NCBI GenBank assembly: GCA_963815195.1 | Contig: CAWFGE010000010.1 | Span: 352,001 to 416,000 of the forward strand | Direction: 5' to 3' | Length of the DNA: 64,000 nt | From: an uncultured Planctomycetaceae bacterium | Lineage (GTDB): Bacteria; Planctomycetota; Planctomycetia; Planctomycetales; Planctomycetaceae | In this document: positions 10,522-21,563 of the stretch, piece by piece | Layout of the letters: every line of letters starts with the position of its first letter | How positions within the stretch are numbered: position 1 is the stretch's first letter | Notes under the pieces: model-generated | Seen by the model: only the letters and a program-made list of their open reading frames with translations | What the model was told of the DNA's origin: nothing | Databases searched by the model: none | Position numbers and translations under genes: made by a program

Positions 10522-11480
10522 ATGGACCCAACACTCATTTCCCTCGTGGCCTTTGCGGCGGTTGCGTCGCTGGTGGGAGCCGTCGCGTTTTTGATGCGTG
10601 ACCTCGGCTCGTCGAGCGTCGAAGACCGCCTGGAGGTAATGACAGGCCGGCGCCGGCAGGAAGATATCGTCACGAAAGACGTGCTCATCCGGGACGGGAT
10701 GGAAGGCCTTACCGGAGTCTTCGGCAAGTTCAGCGAGCGTCTCCAACGCTTGGCGCTCTTGTTCGAGCAGGCGGACTCCCCAATGAAGCCGGAAATGTTC
10801 TTCGGCGTGAGCGTGGGCATGGCCGTCGTGGGCGTGGTCGGCGGGGTCATCGCCCGCGCCCGGTTCCGCTCTTGCCCATCTGCGCGATGATGGCCGGCGC
10901 GATGCCTTTGCTGTGGCTGTTGTGGCGGCGGCGGGGGCGGTTTAAAAAATTCGCGATGCAGCTTCCCGACGCCTTGGAACTCGTGGCCCGGGCCCTCAGG
11001 TCGGGGCACAGCCTCGCATCGGGTTTAAAAGTCGTCGTGCAGGAAATGCCCGACCCAATTTCCCGAGAGTTCAGCAATGCCTACGAAGAGCAAAACCTCG
11101 GCATCCCGATCGAGGTCGCTTTGAAAAGCATGCTCCGACGCATGCCGAATATGGACCTCAAGTTCTTCGTGACCGCCGTGGCGATCCAACGGCAGGCCGG
11201 CGGCGACATGGCGGAAATCCTTGACAAGATCGGCTATATCATCCGCGAGCGGTTTAAGATCATGGGCCAGGTTCAAGCTCTCACCGGCGAGGGCCGGATC
11301 AGCGGGATCGTGCTGATGGCGCTGCCCATCGCGTTGTTCTTCGCCGTCTACTATCTCAACCCGGACTATGTGATGTTGCTGTTCACGGAAGAGTTGGGCC
11401 GCAAGATGATCGCCACCGCCGCCGTCCTCCAGGTTTTGGGAGCCGTGGCGATTAAGAAGATTGTAAATATCAAGATCTAG
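10522..11480 (+). CDS. tadB: TadB type II secretion F-family protein, frameshift near 10860
   Basis: N-terminal part in ORF 10522..10890. C-terminal part (QLPDALELVARALRSGHS, IQRQAGGDMAEIL, LTGEGRISG) in 10872..11480. One base is missing in a C run. Confidence 0.9.
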
Positions 11481-11564
11481 ATCTAGATCTCGACCTAACG
11501 CGGCCGAGTGGTGTTCTCCGACTCGTCGTGGTTGAAAAACGTCCCCTGACCTTGGAAGCTTCTC

Positions 11565-12497
11565 ATGGACTACGTGCAAATATTACCGTATGTGATCTTC
11601 GGCGGGATGGTGATGCTCGTCTTTGCCATCGCGAGCCTGTTTTCATCCAAAATCTCGCGCGCAAGCGAACGCTTGGATGAACTCCGCGATCCCACGCTGA
11701 GAAACCGCGACGCCAAGGACCAGAAAAAAGGCGTGGGCGCGATGTTCGAAAAAGCCGCCCCCGCGCTGTCCAGAGCGTTGCAGCCCAAAACCGAACTCGA
11801 GGAGAACAAACTCAAAGTTCGGATGGCGAACGCAGGCTATATCTCCCCCAGCGCGCCGCAGCTTTATCTCGCCGTGAAAGTGGCCATCATGCTGCTCGGC
11901 GTGGTGAGCGGGGCCGGTTACGGCCTGGGAACGTTCGGATTGACTCAAAGCGGATTGACCGCGATGGTCATCGGCGGCGGGTTGGGCTTTTATCTCCCGG
12001 AGATCGTGCTGTTCTTCATGATCAGAGGCCGCAAGGAAAAGATCTTCCTGGGACTTCCCGACGCGCTCGACTTGCTCGTGGTCTGCGTGGAAGCGGGCTT
12101 GGGCCTCGACGCCGGCATGCGGCGGGTTTCCGAAGAAATGGACGACTCGCACCCGGAACTCTGCCAGGAATTCAACCTCTGCAACATGCAGCTGCAAATG
12201 GGCCGGCCGCGCCGCGAGGTGCTGCACGATCTGGGCGTCCGCACGGGCGTGGATGATGTGCGGTCCCTCGTCGCGATTCTGATCCAGGCCGACAAGTTCG
12301 GCTCGTCGATCGCGCAGGCGTTGCGGGTGCAATCCGACAGCATGCGGACCAAGCGGAAGCAGATGGCCGAGGAAAAAGCCCAACAAACGGCCGTCAAAAT
12401 GATTTTCCCGCTCGTGCTGTTCATCTTCCCCGGCATCTTCGTCGTGCTCGTCGGCCCGGCCGCGATCATGATGATCAACGGCCTGCTTTCCCAGTAG
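11565..12497 (+). CDS. tadC: TadC type II secretion F-family protein
   Basis: LPDALDLLVVCVEAGLGLD, LIQADKFGSSIAQALR, AEEKA..KMIFPLVLFIFP. Confidence 0.93.
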   Translation: MDYVQILPYVIFGGMVMLVFAIASLFSSKISRASERLDELRDPTLRNRDAKDQKKGVGAMFEKAAPALSRALQPKTELEENKLKVRMANAGYISPSAPQLYLAVKVAIMLLGVVSGAGYGLGTFGLTQSGLTAMVIGGGLGFYLPEIVLFFMIRGRKEKIFLGLPDALDLLVVCVEAGLGLDAGMRRVSEEMDDSHPELCQEFNLCNMQLQMGRPRREVLHDLGVRTGVDDVRSLVAILIQADKFGSSIAQALRVQSDSMRTKRKQMAEEKAQQTAVKMIFPLVLFIFPGIFVVLVGPAAIMMINGLLSQ

Positions 12498-12730
12498 GCC
12501 TTCGATGAGATGAAGGAAAACCCTAAAAATCAAGACCGGCGGACCGGCCGCTCACCTTCGAATCCCAGCGTTGGCGTTTCCAGGCGGCCAGGAATTCATT
12601 TGGTCAACGGAATTGACCGTGAACAACGGCGGAAGGACAATGAGGGCCGGCTTTGATGCTTCGCGGCCTCGCGGAGCAATCAAAGAAACGTACGAACGAC
12701 GCCGGCATGCCTGGGATGAAATGAATTTCG

Positions 12731-13381
12731 ATGGACATTCCGCAGATTTGGGACCGCCTTCAAGAACATTGGTGGTGGATTCATGCGATCCTGGTCGGGA
12801 TTTGCCTGGGCGGCTCCTTGGGAATCTGGGCCTATCGCGAAGTGTGGTACGGCCTCTCCACGTTCTTTTCCAGCCCCGTGGAAACGCGATCGCCGTTCCG
12901 CGCCCTCGTGCAATGGCTGGCGAGTCTTGTGATGCTCTTGCGGTCGGGAATCAGCGTGGCGTTGATTCTCACCTGGCCCCTCGTGCTAAGGCGGCTGACC
13001 GAACCGTCGCATCGCTGGATCGCGGTGGGTGCGGCCATTGCCGTGTGGGCGCTCCTGCGGCTGATTCTCGCCTTTGGCGTCGCCAAAAAACCCGCGCCGC
13101 CCAAGTTCTTCAAACAGCCTTTGCGATGGGCCTATTATCGGTCCGTGCAAACGCCCGATTCGCTCGTCACGGGCTGGTTGGACGTGTTCTTGGGCGCGGT
13201 GCTCCACATCGGCTTGGGCCTGTTGTGGTATGAGTTCTACACGCAAAAGGAACCGGAGCCTTGGTGGTATGCCGCCGCCGTGGGCATCTCGGTGGTCTGG
13301 ATTCTGTTCGTGACCAGCATCACGGTCCTGGTGCACCCCACGCCCGAAACGCACAGCTATGAGAACGAGAAGTACGAGTGA
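12731..13381 (+). CDS. Hypothetical integral membrane protein
   Basis: About five hydrophobic segments and host-like codon usage; no family recognised. Confidence 0.65.
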   Translation: MDIPQIWDRLQEHWWWIHAILVGICLGGSLGIWAYREVWYGLSTFFSSPVETRSPFRALVQWLASLVMLLRSGISVALILTWPLVLRRLTEPSHRWIAVGAAIAVWALLRLILAFGVAKKPAPPKFFKQPLRWAYYRSVQTPDSLVTGWLDVFLGAVLHIGLGLLWYEFYTQKEPEPWWYAAAVGISVVWILFVTSITVLVHPTPETHSYENEKYE

Positions 13382-13418
13382 GCCACTCTGAATGCGGTGG
13401 ACGCGAAGCCGTTTTGGG

Positions 13419-14048
13419 TCAATCCGCGAGGGGCAGGACCAAGACCTTGCGAATGCAGACTTTGCTGCCGGGATCGTGTTGTTGAAACGCGAAATGCCCT
13501 TGCTTGAAGGTCTGATCGAAGTCGAGGTATTCGTACAATTCGTCCCGGTCGACCGTGATTTTGATGCGCGTTGTTTTGCGGCCGCGCCACACATCGTCGC
13601 GAACTTCCAGTTCGTAGGTGAACCACGTGTCGGGTTTGACGAGCGGTTTGTAAACGTGGCAGAACCCGTACAGCGACCCGGTGCGAATGGGATCGCGGTG
13701 CGTGCTGTCGATTTGGGCTTCGTAGCCGTCCGAGAAGCCGGGCTTCGCGGTCGTGCGGAAGTACATGCCGGAGTTGCCGCCGTCGTTGATTTTGATCTCG
13801 GCCCGGTAGCGGAAGTTCTTATAAGGCCCCTTGGTGGAGACGAGCATCGAGGCCGGACCCGATCCGCACAGGGCCCCGTCCTTCACTTCCCAGACGCTTT
13901 TCTCGTTGCCGACCTTTTCCCAGCCGTCGAGCGTTTTGCCGTCGAACAGGGAAATCCATTTCGCATCGTCCGCGACGACGCGGGAAACGGACGGCAAGAC
14001 CAGAACCGCAGCCAACGTGAGAGCCAATCGAGAAGCCGAGATGTGCAT
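13419..14048 (-). CDS. DUF1080 (3-keto-disaccharide hydrolase-like) secreted protein
   Basis: Signal peptide, WISLFDGKTLDGW, GNSGMYFR, GYEAQI, GHFAFQQH. Confidence 0.9.
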   Translation of the reverse strand: MHISASRLALTLAAVLVLPSVSRVVADDAKWISLFDGKTLDGWEKVGNEKSVWEVKDGALCGSGPASMLVSTKGPYKNFRYRAEIKINDGGNSGMYFRTTAKPGFSDGYEAQIDSTHRDPIRTGSLYGFCHVYKPLVKPDTWFTYELEVRDDVWRGRKTTRIKITVDRDELYEYLDFDQTFKQGHFAFQQHDPGSKVCIRKVLVLPLAD

Positions 14049-14169
14049 GAGTCGATTCCGTGAGTCAGAGAGTTAATGATGTAAGCCAAGGCGATTCGCC
14101 GGTTTGTGGATTGTATCAGAGGCCGGCCGCGCTTGCATTTCCGTCGCGGGATTGCAGGGAAAGACGCTT

Positions 14170-15030
14170 TCACGCCACGGCGATGACGACCGACGCCCCA
14201 ATCAAGGCGGCTCCCGCGAGCCGGGTGGACATCACGCGGTGACTGGGAATCGAATCGGCTTCCCCAAGGTGGTGGGCGAAAATCCATGTGAGCAGCACGC
14301 CCCACAACCCGCGCAGCGAGTACACGATGTTGACTCTTGCTGCATCGCCGAAGAGCCCGAGCGTCAGCGTCATGCCGATGGCCTGGACCGACATCAGCAA
14401 GGCTCCCACGGCCAGCGGGCGGACGACGCGGATCTGCTTGAGCCGGCCCGGCGAATCGGCCCACGGCAAAAACACCAGCGAGAACAGCGCGGCAAAACCG
14501 AATGTGATCGGCAGAAAATAACCCGCTCCCCAGGCCGAGGCCCACCGCTGAATCAACAAGTCGAAGAACGTCATCGACACCGCCGCCAACACCGCGAAGG
14601 CCACCGAGGCGGCAATTCGCGAGCGATCGATCGAGGCATCGCGGGCCTGCACCAACCCCACGCCGGCGACCGCAATCGCCGCCGCGATCCACACGCGGCC
14701 GGGCAAATCGGCCTCGACGAACAGCGGCGTGAAGGCGGGGACCATCAAAACTTTCACGCCCAACACGGGAGCGGCGATCGAAACGTCTCCGCGATGCACC
14801 GCCACGAACGTCAGCAACTGCCCCGTCAGAAACAACGCCCCCAGAATCGCCGGCTGCCATAACATCGACAGCGGCTGCATGGTCCCGCCCATCACCGTCA
14901 ACAGCGGAAACACAAAGGCGGACGCCCAGCAAACCACGATTACCGAAGTCCATGACGTCACCCCCTGGACTTGAGCCCGCTTCAAGATCAAGAGGGCAAA
15001 CACGACGATCACGCTGGAGCAAAACGGCAT
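14170..15030 (-). CDS. EamA/DMT family transporter
   Basis: Two hydrophobic repeats, GDVSIAAPVLGVK, VNIVYSLRGLWGV; start uncertain. Confidence 0.8.
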   Translation of the reverse strand: MPFCSSVIVVFALLILKRAQVQGVTSWTSVIVVCWASAFVFPLLTVMGGTMQPLSMLWQPAILGALFLTGQLLTFVAVHRGDVSIAAPVLGVKVLMVPAFTPLFVEADLPGRVWIAAAIAVAGVGLVQARDASIDRSRIAASVAFAVLAAVSMTFFDLLIQRWASAWGAGYFLPITFGFAALFSLVFLPWADSPGRLKQIRVVRPLAVGALLMSVQAIGMTLTLGLFGDAARVNIVYSLRGLWGVLLTWIFAHHLGEADSIPSHRVMSTRLAGAALIGASVVIAVA

Positions 15031-15288
15031 CAAGAGATGAATCGGACAAACCCTTTCCGAGGAGGTCGGCTGGCAATTCCACGCGGGAAATCGTAGGTTG
15101 TCGAAAGCCAACGATCCCCTGTCAAGTCCGCCCCCTTCGCGCGACCCGATGACGAAATCGTCCGACGTGGGAACCCTGGCTCCAAAAAACTCCGAGTGCT
15201 CTGTTTCCTTGAAGGCGGTTTGGGGTATGATTGACATGAGATCAGTCAGTCTGCCATCTTCCTGTTTTTCCGATTTCAGCGAACCGTT

Positions 15289-17154
15289 ATGTCATCCATG
15301 CGGACCACGACCAACCCGGCGGCTCAAAATGCGTTGCGCGAGGTGCTGGAGAGATACTGGGGATACGATCAATTCCGCCCCCTGCAACAACGGGCGATGG
15401 AACATGTGCTCGCGGGCAGGGATTCGGTGGTCGTCCTGCCCACCGGCGGCGGGAAATCGCTGTGTTATCAGGCCCCGGCGATGTGCATGGACGGCCTCGC
15501 GGTGGTCGTCTCGCCGTTGATTTCCTTGATGAAAGACCAGGTGGACGCCCTCAAGACCAACGGCGTTCCGGCGGAGTACATCAACAGCTCCCAGTCGCCC
15601 AGCGAAAAACGAAACGTCGCCGAGGACATCCGCGCGGGCCAGCTGCGGCTCTTATACGTGGCTCCTGAACGGCTCGTGCAGCCGCAGACAATGTCTTTCC
15701 TCCGGTCGGCGGGCTTGTCGTTCGTGGCCATCGACGAGGCCCACTGCATCAGCGAATGGGGCCACGATTTTCGCCCGGAATACCGCGACCCTCAAAATCC
15801 TCCGGCTGGCGTATCCAGAGATTGGGATTCACGCCTACACCGCCACCGCGACCGAGCGGGTCCGCCGGGACATCGCCCAGAACCTGGGCCTCAATCAGCC
15901 TGAAGTCCTCGTGGGCTCGTTCGACCGCCCGAACTTGATCTACAGCGTGGAACGCCGGCGGGACCGGGTCAGCCAGATCCGCGGAGTCCTCGATCGACAC
16001 CGGGGCGATTCCGGGATCATCTATTGCATCAGCCGCAAAAACGTGGACTCGATCAGCGAGGAACTCAATGCCCTCGGCTACAAAACCCGCCCCTACCATG
16101 CGGGCCTCGCGGACGACGAACGCAAGCGGAACCAGGAAGCCTTCATCGAGGAAAAAGTCGAAACGATCGTGGCCACGGTCGCGTTCGGGATGGGGATCGA
16201 CAAATCCAACGTGCGGTACGTGATCCACGCGGGCATGCCCAAGTCGCTCGAGAACTACCAGCAGGAAAGCGGCCGCGCGGGACGCGACGGCCTGGAAGCC
16301 GAGTGCTGTCTGCTCTACTCCGGCCGCGATCCGCAAATCTGGCGAAAACTCACCGAGGAGGACTCCCCCGAATCGCGGGCCGCCTCGCTTAAGTCGCTGG
16401 AGGCGATCGACGATTTTTGCACGGGCGTGAGTGTGCCGGCATCGGCAGTTGGTGGAACATTTCGGGCAGGTCTGGGACCGCGAATCCTGCAATGCCTGCG
16501 ATGTCTGCCTGGGCGCAGTTGGACCTGGTCGATGACGCCCTGATCATCGGCCAAAAGATTCTGTCGTGCGTCGTTCGCCAGCAGCAGCGGTTCGGCGGCG
16601 AATACACGGCCCAGGTCCTCAAAGGGGCCAGGCTCAGACGCATCCTCGACAACGGCCACGACCAACTCAGCACGTTCGGGCTTCTGGCCGATCACGACAA
16701 GCGGATCATCCGCGATTGGATCGAGCAGCTCGCCAGCCAGGGTTTCCTCGCGAAGGAAGGCGACTACAATGTATTAAAGGTTACGCCCGCCGGTCGGCAG
16801 CTTTTGAAAGGCGAACAAACGCCCCGCCTGCTCAAGCCGCAAGAGCGGGCCCGCAAAAAGGAGGCCGCGGCGGTCGAGACGGACGCTTGGGAAGGCGTGG
16901 ATCGGGACTTGTTCGGGGTGCTGCGAACGCTCCGCCGGGAGCAAGCTGAGGCCCGAGACATTCCCGCGTATATCGTCTTCAGCGATGCGGCCCTCCGGGA
17001 CATGGCCCGCCGGCGGCCCTCCACGTTGGAAGCCTTCCGCACGATCCGGGGCGTCGGCGAAAAGAAGCTCGACGACTACGGAGACGTCTTTGTGGACTGC
17101 CTCATTAAATACTGCCAGGACCACCGCCTCACAATGGATGTCCGCCCGAAATAA
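15289..17154 (+). CDS. recQ: ATP-dependent DNA helicase RecQ, frameshifts near 15788, 16432 and 16514
   Basis: PTGGGKSLCYQ, DEAHCISEWGHDFRPEY, ATVAFGMGIDK and QESGRAGRDG; the Zn module CRHRQL...CNACDVC is in a third frame; RQC and HRDC (IPAYIVFSD) domains follow. Confidence 0.93.
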
Positions 17155-17202
17155 TGGCACGCCGATTGCATTGCGAAAGTTCAATCCCTGATCCAAAAAA
17201 GA

Positions 17203-17231
17203 TTGACGGGCTTCCCTTCGGTCGTCATACT
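17203..17231 (+). promoter_or_regulatory. Sigma70-type promoter of the cold-shock gene
   Basis: TTGACG-17 nt-CATACT, about 85 nt upstream of the ATG. Confidence 0.55.
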
Positions 17232-17317
17232 GCACGATACACGGCGGCGAAGATTCGGATCCGTGCTGTTCTGATCCGGATGCAGGCCAAAACTTTTTCA
17301 GAATTGGAAAACGAGGA

Positions 17318-17521
17318 ATGGCGCAGGGCACGATCAAACGGTTGACGGACAAAGGGTATGGGTTCATCGAACTAGAAAATGGGAAAGACATTTTCTTCCA
17401 CCTCTCCAATCTGGACGGGGTGCGGTTCGAAGAACTCTACGAAGGACAAACGGTGACGTTTACGGAAGGCCAAGGAAGAAAAGGCCCGCAGGCGGAGAAC
17501 GTGAAACCCGCCTCGGCCTAA
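17318..17521 (+). CDS. Cold-shock protein (CspA family)
   Basis: RNP1 KGYGFI, RNP2 IFFH, GPQAENV; GAGGA RBS. Confidence 0.95.
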   Translation: MAQGTIKRLTDKGYGFIELENGKDIFFHLSNLDGVRFEELYEGQTVTFTEGQGRKGPQAENVKPASA

Positions 17522-17538
17522 TTGTTTGCAGGAATGAC

Positions 17539-17574
17539 CGAGCCGGCGGATCGTTCGCCGGCTCGTCTTTTTTT
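17539..17574 (+). terminator. Rho-independent terminator
   Basis: Stem CGAGCCGGCG / CGCCGGCTCG followed by TCTTTTTTT. Confidence 0.85.
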
Positions 17575-17669
17575 GGAAGACCGGACCGCGGCCTCAATCG
17601 GGCCAAGTCCGGGCCGAAGGATTCGGCATTTTGGTACTAGCAGGCCCTCATGGGCCATTAGGGAGATGA

Positions 17670-17897
17670 ATGTTTCGTTGCGAAAAATGTGGAGCCGTTG
17701 TGCCCGCGGGAACATCCGCCCAACACGTTGTCGTGCAGTCCCGCAGCAAAGAATACCCTCAGCGAACCGAGACCCAGGCCGTCGGCCGCAGTCGCTATCC
17801 CCGCGAACGCACCGTGGACAAAGGCGGCGAAGGACAAGAGATCGTCCGCGAACTGAAAGTCTGCCCCAAGTGCGCCGAGGAATTGACCGACGACTAG
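17670..17897 (+). CDS. Small zinc-ribbon protein (terminal CxxC pairs)
   Basis: MFRCEKC...VCPKC; GGGAG RBS. Confidence 0.7.
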   Translation: MFRCEKCGAVVPAGTSAQHVVVQSRSKEYPQRTETQAVGRSRYPRERTVDKGGEGQEIVRELKVCPKCAEELTDD

Positions 17898-17900
17898 ATT

Positions 17901-18028
17901 CCGAAGCACGAAATCCAAAATCCGAAACAAATCCCAATGACCGAAACTCAAATCCCAACCCGCCGAGAATCTCTAAGGTTTGACGCATTGGGAATGGGAT
18001 TGGATTTGTTTCGGATTTCGTGCATCGG
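17901..18028. repeat. Imperfect inverted repeat built from AAATCC(G/C/A)-type heptamer units
   Basis: Left arm CCGAAGCACGAAATCCAAAATCCGAAACAAATCCCAAT; reverse complement of the right arm is CCGATGCACGAAATCCGAAACAAATCCAAT. Confidence 0.7.
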
Positions 18029-18081
18029 GTTTTCTTAAAGAACTCGTGCCAAACGGTGCACGGCGAGCGTGGCCGACTTCC

Positions 18082-19391
18082 ATGATGCCGCGAACTTTTT
18101 TGTTGCTCCTCTTCGCGTTGGCGAGCGTGCCTTTGGTTGCGGGCATCTGGGAGCCGGCGGTCGGGCAGATGGGCGTATTCCTCACGCTGCTGTTGATTGC
18201 GTCGGCTCTTTTGGACCTGGCGATTTCGCCGCGGCTCCGGCATGTCGAAGTCGAGCGGGACGTGCCCGATGTGCTCAGCGTCGGCGCCGGAACGCGATCC
18301 GGCTCTGGCTGCGAAACCCCACGCCGTCGCGATTGTTGTTGGAGCTTCACGATGAGCCGCCCCAGCCCGCGGACATGTTCGACTTGCCGGCCAGGGTCGA
18401 ACTCGGCCCGCAGCAAACCCGGCAAGTCACTTACCACGTGAAACCGCATCACCGCGGCCGGAACCAATTCGGCCGCGTGTATCTCAGGTGCCCGAGCCGA
18501 TTGCGGTTTTGGGAACTCACCGCCGAGCGCGATCTGCCGCAGGCGGTCAAGATTTATCCCGACGTGCAAGCGGTGCATGCGGTGGAGCTTTTGGCCCGGC
18601 ACAACCGCGTGGCCGAGGTCGGCGTTCGCTTGTCGCAACTTCGCGGGCGAGGGACCGAGTTCGACCGCCTTCGCGAATACCGCCGCGAAGATGAATACCG
18701 CAACATCGATTGGAAAGCCACGGCGCGCACCCGGCAGTTGGTCAGCCGGGAGTACGTCGTCGAACGCAACCAGAACGTTCTGTTTCTGCTTGATTGCGGC
18801 CGGTCGATGCTGAGCGAGTTCGGAGGCATCACGCATTTCGACCGGGCCCTAAACGCGGCGATCCTCTTAAGCTACGTCGCCCTTCGCCAAGGCGATACCG
18901 TGACGCTGCTCGCCTCGTCCCGCCGGGTCGAGCGGTATGTGCCCCCGCTCCGCGGCGCGACCGCGATGAAGTCCCTCGTCCGGCAAACGTTCGATCTGGA
19001 ACCGACGCATCACGCCACGGATTATCAACTGATGGCCGAGCAACTCCGGCTGCGGCACCGCAAGCGATCGCTGGTGGTGTTATTGACGCACGCCATCGAC
19101 GAGGTGCACCTGGAAAGCATCGGCCAAACGCTCAGGACGCTCAAATCCCCGCATCTGGTCTTGGGGGCTTTTTTGAAAAACGTGCCGCTCTACGAGCGAA
19201 TGTCGGCGGTGCCCCGCACGGATCTCGAAGCTTTCCAAGTCGCCGCCGCCGCGGATCTTATTGGTGCCCAAAGCCGGCAGATCGCCGAGTTCGAGCGGCA
19301 CGGCCTGTTGGTGATCGATGCCTTGCCCGATCAGCTCTCGTCCCAACTCATCAGCCGCTACCTCGACATCAAAGCCCGCCATCTGTTGTGA
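18082..19391 (+). CDS. DUF58 (MoxR-associated, VWA-like) protein, frameshift near 18290
   Basis: N-terminal TMs in frame 17980. GTEFDRLREY, RNIDWKATAR and FLLDCGRSM in frame 18069..19391. Confidence 0.88.
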
Positions 19392-19437
19392 AGGACGACG
19401 AATCAGGATCGCTCGATCAATAATTGTCGGATTTATT

Positions 19438-19494
19438 AGCCGCAGGGCGGTAGCCCCGGTTCGCCGCAAGAACCGGGGCTAGCGCCCTGCGGCT
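19438..19494. repeat. REP-like long palindrome
   Basis: AGCCGCAGGGCGGTAGCCCCGGTT...AACCGGGGCTAGCGCCCTGCGGCT, a near-perfect 24-bp stem. Confidence 0.8.
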
Positions 19495-19535
19495 GATGGA
19501 TAATCCGGATTGGGATTCATCTCCCATTTCCTCCC

Positions 19536-19586
19536 TTGACATCCAAACATAATCCCGTTATGTATAAATACCTAATCCAATTATGT
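19536..19586 (+). promoter_or_regulatory. padR promoter with two palindromic operator boxes
   Basis: TTGACA 19536-41; ACATAA-N5-TTATGT 19547-63; ACCTAA-N5-TTATGT 19570-86; GGGAGG RBS. Confidence 0.7.
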
Positions 19587-19601
19587 ACGGGAGGCCGCGT
19601 T

Positions 19602-19934
19602 ATGGATTCCAAATTGTTGTCCGGGACGGTGGAGCTGTTGATTCTGGAAATCATCTCCGCCGGCCCCACGTATGGGTACGACATCACCCAGCAGGTGATT
19701 TCCCGTTCGGGCGGGTATTTCGAGTTGACCGAGGGCAGTTTGTACCCGGCTCTGCATCGCCTGGAACGCCAAAAACTCCTGGCGGCCGATTGGCGGGAAG
19801 CCGACGGACGCCGGCGGAAATACTACCGCCTGACCGCGGCGGGCAAAAAAGCCCTGGCCGCGAAAAAGGCCGAGTGGGAACGTTTTGCCAAGGGCGTCGG
19901 GGGCGTGTTGGGGCTGACCTATGGCTGGGCGTGA
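19602..19934 (+). CDS. PadR family transcriptional regulator
   Basis: GTVELLIL, TYGYDI, EGSLYPALHRLE, RRRKYYRLTAAG. Confidence 0.93.
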   Translation: MDSKLLSGTVELLILEIISAGPTYGYDITQQVISRSGGYFELTEGSLYPALHRLERQKLLAADWREADGRRRKYYRLTAAGKKALAAKKAEWERFAKGVGGVLGLTYGWA

Positions 19935-21519
19935 CGACATTCTCGCCGACTTGCCCGCCCCGCATGCGGACGAGCCGCCCACGCTCCGGCAGGACATCGC
20001 CGATGAACTTGCCGACCACCTGAAGTGCGCGGCTCAGCGGGAATCCTTTCAACATCCCGATCCCGCGGACATCGAACGCCGGGTGCTCGCCCGCTTCGGC
20101 GACCCCCGCAAAATCGCCCGTCAACTCTGGTTCGAAGCCATGAAGGAGATTCTTATGTCGCAAAAGATCCTGCTCAGCTTCGTGGGCCTGCTCACGGTGA
20201 TTGCCGCGACCGCTTGCGGGCTGGTGTGGTCGTTGGCCCGCGACTTTCAAACCGCCGCCCAAGCATCTCAAGCCGCCACCGCGGAACTCTTGAAACAAGG
20301 CCGCGACGCGAACCAGGAATTGGTCAATCAAAACCAAAAGATGATGCAGCAACTGACAGCGCTCGCCAACCGCCCTACCGAAGCCGTTACCACGCCGGAT
20401 TGGAATCCGCTCAATGTTCGCGTGGTGAAGAATGATAAAGAGAAAACTCCCGCAGAGGGATTTGAAGTCGTACTCCGTGGACCTCATTTTTCCGATGTGG
20501 AAGCGAGCCGAAATAGCACAGGCGGCAGGGGGAGCAACAGCGTCACAATCACAACCGACGAAAACGGCGTTGCCGATTTTGGACTCGTCCACCCCGGGCG
20601 ATTCTATGGAACCGTGACAGCGCCCTGGGGGGAAAATCGTTCAATTAGCGTGACTGTGAAGGCCGGCATTGCCTCCGAGAGCGTGATCATCGCCCCGGTC
20701 GAACCACCCGAACCGGTTCAAGTCAAACCGATGGTCAAATGGCCCAAAGAATTTGGCGGCTTGGATGTCGCCGTCGTGGTTGGCATCTCTCGCAAAGACT
20801 CCACCCGAGTGGATGACACATCTTGGGAAGGCGGCGCGAATCCGTTCTTGCTCATCCGCCCGGATGGACGATTTGCCGTCTATTCCGAAGTCCATCGCTT
20901 TCCTTCAAATTACAACATTTACAGCAGTCCATCAGACAATGGCAACGAAGCGATTACTGATACCGTTTACTTTCCGAGTGAACCGGTAGAGCATACGGAT
21001 GTGTTTCCCTGGAGAGGCCGTGAAGCGGCGTTGGTCAGCGTCAACGTCGTGTACCTTCCCAAAGAGGCGGGTTTTCCCGGCGATCAGGATCGGCTGAAGT
21101 GTCTATCCCCGTCGGAAGCCCTTTACAGGAGTTTCTCGTCGCAATTTCGCATTTTTCAAAGGCAGACCGGGCGAAACGGACCTCATCAGGACCAGTTGAC
21201 AGGGAAAAGTTTGGGAGCAGGTCAGCAACAGTGGACCATTGATTTCTCGGAATCCGACATTCTCACCACACTCACCATGATCGCTCCTGAGCAATTCCCG
21301 AAAGAATCGAGCAAACACGCAGTCAGGGGATCCCTCTATTTTCACGTCGATGACAAAGACGGGGATAACGAACTCTCGGAAGAGGAATGGAGCAACAGAA
21401 ATCCGGGCCTCACCCAGCTTGAATTTGAAAAGTATCCGATTTCGTATCGCACATTTATGGAAGCCTACTTCGTCAAATACCGAACGCCCGACGAGCGATC
21501 GCGACGCGGATCAAATTGA
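19921..21519 (+). CDS. PadR-associated membrane protein: HAAS/permease-prefix-like N-domain, TM, carboxypeptidase-regulatory-like domain, EF-hand-like C-terminus
   Basis: DELADHL...RRVLARFGDPRKIARQLW, one TM, TDENGVADFGLVHPG, DDKDGDNELSEEE; start overlaps the padR stop. Confidence 0.75.
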   Translation: MAGRDDILADLPAPHADEPPTLRQDIADELADHLKCAAQRESFQHPDPADIERRVLARFGDPRKIARQLWFEAMKEILMSQKILLSFVGLLTVIAATACGLVWSLARDFQTAAQASQAATAELLKQGRDANQELVNQNQKMMQQLTALANRPTEAVTTPDWNPLNVRVVKNDKEKTPAEGFEVVLRGPHFSDVEASRNSTGGRGSNSVTITTDENGVADFGLVHPGRFYGTVTAPWGENRSISVTVKAGIASESVIIAPVEPPEPVQVKPMVKWPKEFGGLDVAVVVGISRKDSTRVDDTSWEGGANPFLLIRPDGRFAVYSEVHRFPSNYNIYSSPSDNGNEAITDTVYFPSEPVEHTDVFPWRGREAALVSVNVVYLPKEAGFPGDQDRLKCLSPSEALYRSFSSQFRIFQRQTGRNGPHQDQLTGKSLGAGQQQWTIDFSESDILTTLTMIAPEQFPKESSKHAVRGSLYFHVDDKDGDNELSEEEWSNRNPGLTQLEFEKYPISYRTFMEAYFVKYRTPDERSRRGSN

Positions 21520-21563
21520 TTTTCCGAGTTCTAAACCTATTTGACCGACTGGACGCGAACACC

